This document shows positions 55,730-64,000 of a DNA stretch of 64,000 nucleotides, piece after piece. The DNA is from an uncultured Verrucomicrobiae bacterium (GTDB lineage Bacteria; Verrucomicrobiota; Verrucomicrobiia; Chthoniobacterales; JAFAMB01). Numbering within the stretch: position 1 is the stretch's first letter; every line of letters starts with the position of its first letter. The notes beneath the pieces are model-generated. The model made no database searches, was not told the DNA's origin, and saw nothing but the letters and a program-made list of their open reading frames with translations. A program made the position numbers and the translations under genes. The stretch is from contig CAWIPH010000001.1 in assembly GCA_963837955.1 (NCBI GenBank), positions 160,001 through 224,000 on the forward strand. Reading direction: 5' to 3'.

Positions 55730-58216
55730 ATGAACGAAGCGGAAACTGATAAAAATCAAATCTCGTTGGCCGATAACAGCTCGCCGAACGAACCCTCCGC
55801 ATTGACTACTCGGGGAGGTCAGGAGATGGGTTCCGGATCAGAACAGATCGAGCAGCACGATCGGCAAACCGGATCTGAGGCGGATAAGGAAAACAGCCTT
55901 CGCGACGTCGCTGTTTTGCCGATTCGAAGCCTCGTAGTTTTTCCGGGGATGGTCGTCCCGCTGACGATTGGCCGGGCTTCGGCTTTGAAACTGATCGATA
56001 GCGAGTTGCCAGAAAATAAGCACATCGGCCTTTTCACTCAAAGAGACGAAACGAACGAGCGGCCGGGGCCATCCGACCTTTATCCTGTAGGGGTGCTGGC
56101 GCAGGTCTTAAAGCTCATCCGGCAACCGGACGGATCGGCGGTCCTGATCATACAAGCACAGCATCGCATTCGGACAGAGACCTTTCGGCAAGTGGAGCCT
56201 TATTTGCGGGCGACCGTTAGCCCTCTTCAGACGATCAGTCCATCGGATGACAAGGCGCTTCAAGCCGCATTCAACAACTTAAAGGTAGCGGCCGCCAGGC
56301 TGCTGGAACTTTCTCCGGAAATCCCGGATCAAGCACGAGCTGTTCTGGCAAACGTAGAAGAACCAGAGACTCTAGCCGATCTGCTCGCCGGGAACCTGGG
56401 CATCGAGATGGCCCGGAAGCAGATCATTCTGGAAGAGCCCGATCTGATGCACCGTATGCGGCTGGTGCAGGAGTCACTCCAGAGACAGCTTGAGATCGCC
56501 GAACTCCAACAAAAGTTGCGGCAAGATGTAGAGGGTCAGTTCTCCGACTCCCAAAGGCGCGCCTACCTGCGCGAACAGCTCCGAGCTATCCAGCGTGAGC
56601 TGGGTGAAGAAGAGCCGGGCGACGAAGAACAGGTCGAACAGCTTCGCACTAAATTGAAAGAATCGGGAGCACCGCCCGCTGTTCTGGAAGTTGCTGAGAA
56701 GGAATTGAAGCGACTGGCTCATGTGCCAAGCGCTAGTCCGGAAACCTCAGTCATCGTTTCTTATCTGGAGATGCTCGCCGATCTTCCCTGGCAGAAAAAG
56801 ACCGAGGATCATACCGATCTTGAGCGCGCCCAACAAATCCTCGACCGGGATCACTTTGGGTTGGAACGCGTAAAACGGCGGATCGTCGAGTTTCTCGCTG
56901 TCCGCAAACTCAATCCGGAAGGAAGGAGCCCCATCCTTTGTTTTCTTGGACCGCCCGGCGTCGGGAAGACAAGTCTGGGCCAATCAATCGCTGATTCGCT
57001 CGGTAGAAAATTCTCTCGCGTGTCGCTGGGAGGAATCCGGGATGAAGCGGAAATTCGAGGGCACCGACGCACGTATATTGGGTCGATGCCGGGACGCATC
57101 ATTCAAGAGATCCGCCGCCTCGGTGTCCGAAACCCGGTGCTGCTTTTGGATGAGTTGGACAAGATAGGCGCGGATATTCGAGGCGATCCGGCAAGTGCTC
57201 TCCTCGAAGTGCTCGATCCGCGACAGAACCATACATTCGTCGACCGATACCTCGACGTTCCATTCGACCTCAGCCAAGTGATTTTTATCGGCACCGCTAA
57301 TTACGTTGAAGGTATTCCGGCTCCCCTGCGAGACCGAATGGAAATGATCAACATTCCGGGCTACACCGAAACGGAGAAACTTCGGATCGCGCAGAATTAT
57401 CTGGTTCCCCGGCAGCTAGCCGAACATGGGTTGAAACCGGAACAATGCCAGTTTTCCGAGGAAGCGATCCTAGCAATTATTCAGGAATATACTTACGAAG
57501 CAGGCGTCCGGGATTTGGAACGGCGGATCGCTGCAGTCTGCCGGAGTGTCGCTGCCGAAATTGCCAAGGGCGTGGAGGCAGAAGTCAATGCCACGCCGTC
57601 GTTTGTTCGAGGCGTGCTGGGGAACGCCGCCCGTAGTATCCGCGAACAACGGCTTTCGGAAGACCTGGTTGGAGTGGTAACCGGATTGGCCTACACGCCG
57701 ACCGGAGGCGATGTTTTGTTCGTGGAAGCCACTCGCTACCCCGGCAAAGGCGAGTTGCTGCTCACGGGGCAGGTGGGCGACGTTATGCGCGAATCGATGC
57801 AGGCCGCCTATAGTCTGGTAAAGAGTCGGGCCAAACAATTAGGGATCGATCCTTCGGTCTTTGGCCAGACCGATGTCCACATTCATGTTCCGAGCGGCGG
57901 AATTCCGAAAGATGGCCCTAGTGCGGGTATTGCAATCACGACTGCTCTGGCCAGTCTATTCAGCGCGCGACCGATTCGGAGCGACGTTGCTATGACGGGC
58001 GAGATAACGCTGAGGGGATCGGTCTTGCCGATCGGCGGACTGAAGGAGAAAAGTCTAGCGGCGCTCCGCGCCGGGATTCGCCAGGTGCTCTTTCCCAAGG
58101 CAAACGAAAAGGATTTGGAAGAGGTGCCGCTGGAGGCCAGGCAACGCATGCAATTTACTCCGGTGTCCGAGATAGATGAGGTATTGGAGATAGCGCTATT
58201 GCCGAAAGTAGCCTGA
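55730..58216 (+). CDS. lon: ATP-dependent protease La
   Basis: DHFGL, GPPGVGKTSL, RGHRRTY, LLDELDK, PKDGPSAG, IGGLKEK. Confidence 0.97.
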   Translation: MNEAETDKNQISLADNSSPNEPSALTTRGGQEMGSGSEQIEQHDRQTGSEADKENSLRDVAVLPIRSLVVFPGMVVPLTIGRASALKLIDSELPENKHIGLFTQRDETNERPGPSDLYPVGVLAQVLKLIRQPDGSAVLIIQAQHRIRTETFRQVEPYLRATVSPLQTISPSDDKALQAAFNNLKVAAARLLELSPEIPDQARAVLANVEEPETLADLLAGNLGIEMARKQIILEEPDLMHRMRLVQESLQRQLEIAELQQKLRQDVEGQFSDSQRRAYLREQLRAIQRELGEEEPGDEEQVEQLRTKLKESGAPPAVLEVAEKELKRLAHVPSASPETSVIVSYLEMLADLPWQKKTEDHTDLERAQQILDRDHFGLERVKRRIVEFLAVRKLNPEGRSPILCFLGPPGVGKTSLGQSIADSLGRKFSRVSLGGIRDEAEIRGHRRTYIGSMPGRIIQEIRRLGVRNPVLLLDELDKIGADIRGDPASALLEVLDPRQNHTFVDRYLDVPFDLSQVIFIGTANYVEGIPAPLRDRMEMINIPGYTETEKLRIAQNYLVPRQLAEHGLKPEQCQFSEEAILAIIQEYTYEAGVRDLERRIAAVCRSVAAEIAKGVEAEVNATPSFVRGVLGNAARSIREQRLSEDLVGVVTGLAYTPTGGDVLFVEATRYPGKGELLLTGQVGDVMRESMQAAYSLVKSRAKQLGIDPSVFGQTDVHIHVPSGGIPKDGPSAGIAITTALASLFSARPIRSDVAMTGEITLRGSVLPIGGLKEKSLAALRAGIRQVLFPKANEKDLEEVPLEARQRMQFTPVSEIDEVLEIALLPKVA

Positions 58217-58247
58217 TGCTCCGGCCTGTAGCCTGATGCTCCAGCCT
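58208..58247 (+). repeat. 20-bp tandem duplication spanning the lon stop
   Basis: GTAGCCTGATGCTCCGGCCT / GTAGCCTGATGCTCCAGCCT. Confidence 0.85.
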
Positions 58248-58415
58248 CAGGGATCCGATTGCCTACTCCAAAATTCCCAAGCGAGGGCCTGACCTCGCGC
58301 CCGGGCTTCTGCCGCCTGAAGGGATCAGGCTGCCGCCATTATCGAAATATTTGATGCGCATTAGCGTTGCTTGCTCGCCCCCATACGGTTAATTGCGGCC
58401 TTTGCTTTTCCAAAA

Positions 58416-60413
58416 ATGGCCCGCCTCTTCGATCTAAACCCTCAACAGCTGGAGGCGGTAAAAACCACGCGCGGACCAGTTCTCATTCTGGCCGGCGCGG
58501 GAACTGGGAAGACCCGGGTGATCACCATGCGGATCACCTACCTACTGCATGAGGGTATTAGTCCCGAGGCGATCCTGGCAGTCACTTTCACTAACAAGGC
58601 AGCCCACGAGATGCGGGATCGAATCGGGGCAATGGTCGAGAGAACTAAAGCGAGACGCCTGACAATTTGCACATTCCACGCTCTCTGCGTCCGCATTCTG
58701 CGTCAGGATATTGATCGTCTCGGCTACAAGACAAACTTTGCCATCTACGACGAAGGTGATCAGCTCGGACTTATCCGAAAGATTGTTTCGAGAATTTCTG
58801 CTAAGAACGAAAAGCTCGATCCCCAGTTAGCCAGGAATCTGATCAGCCGCGCCAAGAATCAGCATTGGAAGCTAGCCCAACCGGCTACGAGTAACAGCTT
58901 ATTGGCAGCGGTCTTTGAGCGTTATCAAGAAGAGTTGAAGGCCGCGAACGCGGTCGATTTCGATGATCTGCTGATCCTGACGGTGCGATTGCTGGAGACA
59001 AATCCAGAAATCACCGATAAATGGCAGGAGCGGTACCAATACCTGATGATAGATGAGTTCCAGGACACGAACCGTCTGCAGTTGGAATTGGTGCGTTACC
59101 TTGGTCAAAAGCATCGCAACGTCTGCGTCGTCGGAGACGATGACCAAAGTATTTACGGATGGCGCGGAGCGGAAATCGCCAACATTCTCGAATTTGAAGC
59201 TCATTTTCCTGATCCGAAAATCATTAAGCTGGAGCAAAACTATCGCAGTTCCCCGGCCATCCTTGGATTAGCCAACAGCGTTATTCGGCATAACCCACGA
59301 CGCCGGCCCAAGTCTCTCTGGAGCGAAAAAGGAGCGGGCCAAAACGTGCAGGTTGTTGCCATCCCAGACGATCGAGAAGAAGCGAGTTACATCGTTTCGG
59401 AATTGCAAAAACAACAGCTCGAAGAAGCCGGTCCGTGGGGCCGCTTCGCTATCATCTTTCGAATGAACGCTCAATCACGTTTGTTCGAAGAGCAGTTGCG
59501 ACGTCTGCAAATTCCCTACCGGATTATTGGCGGGCGCAGTTTCTTTGAGAGAAGAGAAGTGAAAGATCTACTGGCGTATCTCGCTTGCTTGGCTAATCCG
59601 CACGACGATCTGAACCTGCTCCGCATCGTCAACACGCCAACACGCGGAATCGGTGCCTCCACCATCGAGCTCGCCGTCGCCGAAAGTAACCAGGCGAAGA
59701 CCAGCATATTCGCCACGCTGCAATCTCCAAAATTTCACGAGATGCTCTCTTCGAAGACTGGGACCGCGGTCCGAAATTTCATCGAATTAATCGATCTATA
59801 CGAGACGCGGATTCATCAACCGCTGGCCGACTTAGCTCCCATAGCGACAGCGCTGCTTGAAGAGATAAATTACTCTGGAGAGTTGCGGCGAAGCTGTAAA
59901 ACCCCGGAAGAAATTTTGAACCGAGAGGAGAACGTCCGAGAACTCATTCGGACCCTTTCCGATTATCAGCGCCGATCAACGGAAGGTCTGAGCGGGTTCC
60001 TGGCTGAGGTCGCTCTCGACCAGGAACGCGAGGAAGATACCGATACGGAAAAAGATGGTGTGACTTTGATTACTTTCCATGCGGCTAAGGGACTCGAATT
60101 CCCGCACGTATTTCTGATCGGAATCGAAGAAGGGATCCTGCCGCATGATCGTTCGAAACTCGAAGGAAATCTCGATGAGGAACGCCGGCTATTTTACGTC
60201 GGCATCACCCGGGCGATGGAGACCCTCACCATTACTCATTGCGCTAATCGAAATAAGTACGGTGGGTCCATGCCCTGTCACCCAAGTTCTTTTCTCAAGG
60301 ATCTTGATCCGCAGTACGTGGAAGTGGTGAATTATCATCAACTGGCCAATCAACCCGCCAGCGAAGGCACCGCGCGAAGTCATTTTGCCAAAATGCGCGA
60401 ATTGCTGGGATGA
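58416..60413 (+). CDS. UvrD/Rep/PcrA family DNA helicase
   Basis: LAGAGTGKT, TFTNKAA, IDEFQDTN, VGDDDQSIY, LEQNYRS, HAAKGLEF, EERRLFYVGITRA. Confidence 0.95.
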   Translation: MARLFDLNPQQLEAVKTTRGPVLILAGAGTGKTRVITMRITYLLHEGISPEAILAVTFTNKAAHEMRDRIGAMVERTKARRLTICTFHALCVRILRQDIDRLGYKTNFAIYDEGDQLGLIRKIVSRISAKNEKLDPQLARNLISRAKNQHWKLAQPATSNSLLAAVFERYQEELKAANAVDFDDLLILTVRLLETNPEITDKWQERYQYLMIDEFQDTNRLQLELVRYLGQKHRNVCVVGDDDQSIYGWRGAEIANILEFEAHFPDPKIIKLEQNYRSSPAILGLANSVIRHNPRRRPKSLWSEKGAGQNVQVVAIPDDREEASYIVSELQKQQLEEAGPWGRFAIIFRMNAQSRLFEEQLRRLQIPYRIIGGRSFFERREVKDLLAYLACLANPHDDLNLLRIVNTPTRGIGASTIELAVAESNQAKTSIFATLQSPKFHEMLSSKTGTAVRNFIELIDLYETRIHQPLADLAPIATALLEEINYSGELRRSCKTPEEILNREENVRELIRTLSDYQRRSTEGLSGFLAEVALDQEREEDTDTEKDGVTLITFHAAKGLEFPHVFLIGIEEGILPHDRSKLEGNLDEERRLFYVGITRAMETLTITHCANRNKYGGSMPCHPSSFLKDLDPQYVEVVNYHQLANQPASEGTARSHFAKMRELLG

Positions 60414-60534
60414 ACGGGTTACGGGTTGCAGGTTAGAAGTTTACAGGGATTCGGACACGCCAGCGAAGTGGGACCCATGAGTCCCATGAGACACATAGGT
60501 CCTATGCGGTCACCGCAGGCTGAGCTGCTGACCG

Positions 60535-61266
60535 CTAGCCTTTCAGGGCCGCTCCGTATCGCTCGGCGACGTGATCCCAATTAATCACGTTCCAAAACGC
60601 CGCGATATATTCCGGCCGGCGATTCTGATGCTTGAGATAGTAAGAGTGTTCCCAAACATCGATTCCCAAGATCGGCACTTCTTTTTCATCCTTTTTTGAG
60701 ATCGGGTTATCCTGGTTGGGTGTCGGCTTGATCTCCAAATCTTTACCATCAACGACTAACCAGGCCCAACCACTCCCGAACACTTTGGTGCCTGCTTCGG
60801 TAAACTTCGTTTGAAAGTCAGTGAAGTTTCCAAAACTCGTATCAATCGCTTTTGCTAGATCGCCCGTTGGTTTGCCAGCTTCATTCTTCTTCAGGAATTT
60901 CCAAAACAAGGAGTGATTGTAATGACCCCCTGCATTGTTGCGAACCACGGTTCGAATGTTTTCGGGGAGCGTATCCAAGCTGGTCAGTAACTCTTCCAGC
61001 GAAAGCTGCTGAAATTTCGGATCCGCGCTAGCCAAAGCTTTGTTCAGGTTCTCCACATAAGCAGTGTGATGCTTATCGTGATGGATCTGCATAGTCAGCG
61101 TGTCGATGTAAGGCTCGAGCGCGTCATAAGGATAGCCAAGATCAGGTACTTTGTACGGATAGGTCAGTTTCGCAGTACCGGTTTCCGCCCGGGAAAAAGT
61201 AGGAGCCAGGGTGATGGCGCCCGTGGCTAGGGCGACAGTCTTAATTGCTGAGCGTCGGGTCATCAT
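60535..61266 (-). CDS. sodA: Superoxide dismutase (Mn-type signatures) with Tat signal peptide
   Basis: TRRSAIK plus hydrophobic leader; HHDKHH, GGHYNH, FGSGWAW, NQDNP, DVWEHSYY. Confidence 0.9.
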   Translation of the reverse strand: MMTRRSAIKTVALATGAITLAPTFSRAETGTAKLTYPYKVPDLGYPYDALEPYIDTLTMQIHHDKHHTAYVENLNKALASADPKFQQLSLEELLTSLDTLPENIRTVVRNNAGGHYNHSLFWKFLKKNEAGKPTGDLAKAIDTSFGNFTDFQTKFTEAGTKVFGSGWAWLVVDGKDLEIKPTPNQDNPISKKDEKEVPILGIDVWEHSYYLKHQNRRPEYIAAFWNVINWDHVAERYGAALKG

Positions 61267-61430
61267 AGATTTGGATCGTGCAAATGGTGCACATTACTAA
61301 TGCGGTTGGACCAGACCCGGAGCAAATTTGTTTGAACCTTTCGACCGTTCGACAACTAGCCGCTCTCGCTCTACCCATTTTCGCGATTGAACGGCATAGC
61401 CAGACCCCGTATAGTCACCCGCTCGTTTTT

Positions 61431-63233
61431 ATGAAGACTACTCCTACTGCTGAATCTACCCATCTGCGTCAAGCCCCTCAACGGGGCGAAACAATGAACG
61501 GCGCCGAGATTCTCGTCGCTGCTCTGGAGCGGGAAGGAGTAGAAGTAATCTTCGCGTACCCCGGCGGCGCGAGCATGCCGATCCACCAAGCGTTGACTCG
61601 TTCCACCAAGATCCGCACCATCCTCCCGCGCCATGAACAGGGCGGCGTCTTTGCTGCTGGAGGGTACGGAAGAGCTACCGGGCGGGCCGGTGTCTGCATG
61701 GCCACCTCCGGACCAGGGGCGACAAATCTCGTCACCGGTATAGCTGACGCTTACATGGATTCGGCCCCGCTAGTCGCCATCACTGGACAAGTGCCCCAGG
61801 AAATGATCGGTCGAGGCGCGTTTCAGGAGACGGATGTGTTCGGGATGACATTGCCGGTGGTGAAGCACAGCTATTTAATCATGGATATCCACGAGATCCC
61901 GCGCGTGGTGAAAGAAGCGTTTCACATCGCGCAAACAGGGCGTCCGGGCCCGGTGGTTATCGATATTCCTAAAAATATTCAGAACCAGACTGCCCAACCG
62001 ATCTTTCCGCAGGAGCTAACCTTGCGCGGGTATAGGATACCCGACAAGGCGGATCCTGTTGCGCTCAATGAGGTCATCGGCCTTATAAAATCGGCGCAAC
62101 GCCCGATGATTTACGCTGGCGGCGGTATCATCTCGGCCCACGCCGCGAGCGATCTCCTGGAGTTTGCCGAGCGGAGCCAGATCCCCGTTGCCACAACGCT
62201 GATGGGAATTGGTGGTTTCCCGGAAAGACATCCGCTTTCGCTCAAATGGTTGGGCATGCACGGAACCGTGTACGCCAATTGCGCAGTGAACGAAGCGGAT
62301 TTGCTTCTCGCCTTCGGCGTGCGTTTTGATGATCGAGTCACCGGGAAGGTCGAAAAATTTGCCGAGCACGGCACAATCGTTCATATCGATATCGACTTCT
62401 CCGAGCTGAATAAGAACAAGGTGGTCAAACTGCCGATCCACGGGGACATCAAATACGCGCTGAAAGAATTGAATCGGCTATTGGCCGAAGCCGGCCACGA
62501 GCGAGAGTCGACGAACTTCACTCTCCACGGTTCTTGGTACAAAAAGATCGAGACTTGGAAGCAGCGTTATCCGCTCGATTTCCGGGATACCGAGGACGTG
62601 ATCCAACCACAGTACGTGATCAGGCTTTTGGATGAGATGACCAAGGGCGAGGCGATTATCACTACCGGGGTCGGACAACATCAGATGTGGGCGGGCCAAT
62701 ACTACAATTTTAATGATCCGCGACAGTTCATTACGTCGGCCGGCCTTGGTGCTATGGGGTTCGGTTTTCCGACTGCGATCGGAGCAAAAGTTGCCTTTCC
62801 CAATCGACAAGTGATCGACATCGACGGCGACGGCTCGTTCCTGATGAACATTCAGGAGCTAGCTTGTGCGCACATCGAGAATATACCGGCCAAGGTGATC
62901 ATTTTGAATAACCAACACCTCGGGATGGTTGTGCAATGGGAAGATCGCTTTTACAACAGCAACCGCGGCCATACGTTCTTGGGGGACCCAAAGGACCGGG
63001 AACGAATTTATCCGGATTACGTCCAGATTTGTGTCGGTTTCGGCGTGAAGTGCGAGCGAGTGCTCCACAAGAAAGATCTGCGAGCGGCCATTCAGCGGAT
63101 GCTCGATGCGGACGAATGTTATCTTTTGGATGTAATGGTGCCTTACACCGAGCACGTGCTACCGATGATTCCGGCGGGTAAAACCTATCGTGATATCATT
63201 ATCGATGACCGTCACGGCAAGTTCCAAGGCTGA
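61431..63233 (+). CDS. ilvB: Acetolactate synthase large subunit
   Basis: YPGGA, RHEQG, TSGPGATN, LGMHG, RFDDRV, GVGQHQMW, GDGSF.MN.QEL, LGMVVQWE. Confidence 0.96.
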   Translation: MKTTPTAESTHLRQAPQRGETMNGAEILVAALEREGVEVIFAYPGGASMPIHQALTRSTKIRTILPRHEQGGVFAAGGYGRATGRAGVCMATSGPGATNLVTGIADAYMDSAPLVAITGQVPQEMIGRGAFQETDVFGMTLPVVKHSYLIMDIHEIPRVVKEAFHIAQTGRPGPVVIDIPKNIQNQTAQPIFPQELTLRGYRIPDKADPVALNEVIGLIKSAQRPMIYAGGGIISAHAASDLLEFAERSQIPVATTLMGIGGFPERHPLSLKWLGMHGTVYANCAVNEADLLLAFGVRFDDRVTGKVEKFAEHGTIVHIDIDFSELNKNKVVKLPIHGDIKYALKELNRLLAEAGHERESTNFTLHGSWYKKIETWKQRYPLDFRDTEDVIQPQYVIRLLDEMTKGEAIITTGVGQHQMWAGQYYNFNDPRQFITSAGLGAMGFGFPTAIGAKVAFPNRQVIDIDGDGSFLMNIQELACAHIENIPAKVIILNNQHLGMVVQWEDRFYNSNRGHTFLGDPKDRERIYPDYVQICVGFGVKCERVLHKKDLRAAIQRMLDADECYLLDVMVPYTEHVLPMIPAGKTYRDIIIDDRHGKFQG

Positions 63234-63240
63234 GGTAACG

Positions 63241-63393
63241 GCTACAAGTTAAAGGTTACGGATTACAAGTTGCAGGTTACAGGTTGCAAGTTGAGCGCTT
63301 GAGGCTGCCTGCACTTCTCGAAACGATCCGCTTGCCGGTTTTGCGTCGATGTCCGAAAGAACCACTTGTAACCTGCAACTTGTAACTTGTACC
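63241..63393. repeat. Inverted heptamer-arm cassette (GTTACAG type)
   Basis: GCTACAA GTTAAAG GTTACGG ATTACAA GTTGCAG GTTACAG GTTGCAA ... TTGTAAC CTGCAAC TTGTAAC TTGTACC. Confidence 0.8.
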
Positions 63394-63396
63394 CTG

Positions 63397-64000
63397 ATGG
63401 AAGAAAACGAGCTCCTCGCTATTCGCCGCCAAAAACTGCAGCAGTTAATCGACAAAAAGGTCGATCCGTTTGGTGGCTCGTTCGAGGTCTCCGGTTCGAT
63501 CTCCGAAATTCGCGACGCTTTTGGCGAAGGCAAACAAATCCGGGCCGCGGGGCGAATTACGGCACATCGCAACATGGGCAAGAGCCAGTTTCTTGACCTG
63601 AGCGATATCAGCGGCCGAATCCAGATTTTTGTTAATCTCAAGGAATGCTCTCCGGAAGACGCTGAAATTTTTCAACTGCTCGACCTCGGCGATTTTTTGG
63701 GAGTCGAGGGAGAATGCTTTGTTACTAAGACTGGCGAACCCACGATTCGGGTCGCTCGGTTTCAACTGCTGACTAAGGCTCTTCGTCCGCTACCTGATAA
63801 ATGGCACGGCGTGACCGATGTCGAAATTCGGTATCGGCAGCGTTATCTGGACCTAATTGCCAATCCGGAATCGCGAAAGATCTTTCTCCAACGCAGCCGC
63901 GTTGTTCGCGAAATTCGCGAGTTTCTTTATCAGCGCGGCTTTCTCGAAGTCGAGACTCCGATGATGCAATCGATTGCAGGCGGGGCAGCTGCTCAACCGT
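63397..64000 (+). CDS. lysS: Lysine--tRNA ligase, class II (3'-partial; not in ORF track)
   Basis: MEENELLAIRRQKL..., AGRI...R.MGK, KALRPLPDKWHG, RYRQRYLDL, GFLEVETPMM..IAGGAAAQP. Confidence 0.97.
   Translation, partial: MEENELLAIRRQKLQQLIDKKVDPFGGSFEVSGSISEIRDAFGEGKQIRAAGRITAHRNMGKSQFLDLSDISGRIQIFVNLKECSPEDAEIFQLLDLGDFLGVEGECFVTKTGEPTIRVARFQLLTKALRPLPDKWHGVTDVEIRYRQRYLDLIANPESRKIFLQRSRVVREIREFLYQRGFLEVETPMMQSIAGGAAAQP

Overview
A gene-dense, moderately GC-rich bacterial chromosomal window. Gene content and repeat style suggest Verrucomicrobia, but that is inference only. Contents in order: the end of an arginine succinyltransferase cluster (astA, astB, M20 hydrolase); a rhodanese-SufE pair; a probable lysine-catabolic operon (divergent HglS/DUF1338-like dioxygenase, lysine/saccharopine dehydrogenase, ALDH7); tRNA-Ala(GGC); sugar catabolism genes; glpX, thuA, lgt, a MOSC protein, a Ski2-like helicase and bioB; a kdp locus; tandem MctP-like symporters; a sugar ABC transporter; CHAD/CYTH; hsp20-lon; a UvrD/Rep helicase; a Tat-signal MnSOD; ilvB; and the start of lysS. 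Three observations stand out. (1) The kdp operon has no KdpE and a kinase-less KdpD, and appears rewired to sigma-54 control: a -24/-12 promoter, paired enhancer palindromes, a HAMP/PAS kinase, a REC-TPR protein and an NtrC-type activator. (2) A 464-aa unannotated protein carries hydroxyglutarate-synthase-like motifs inside a lysine catabolism operon. (3) A family of intergenic cassettes is bounded by inverted tandem-heptamer arms; the largest holds two decayed four-helix-bundle (IVP/Avd-like) genes, and the arms supply the stop codons of four neighbouring genes. Several REP-like hairpin families with compensatory changes are also present. All family assignments come from motif recognition by eye; no searches were run.
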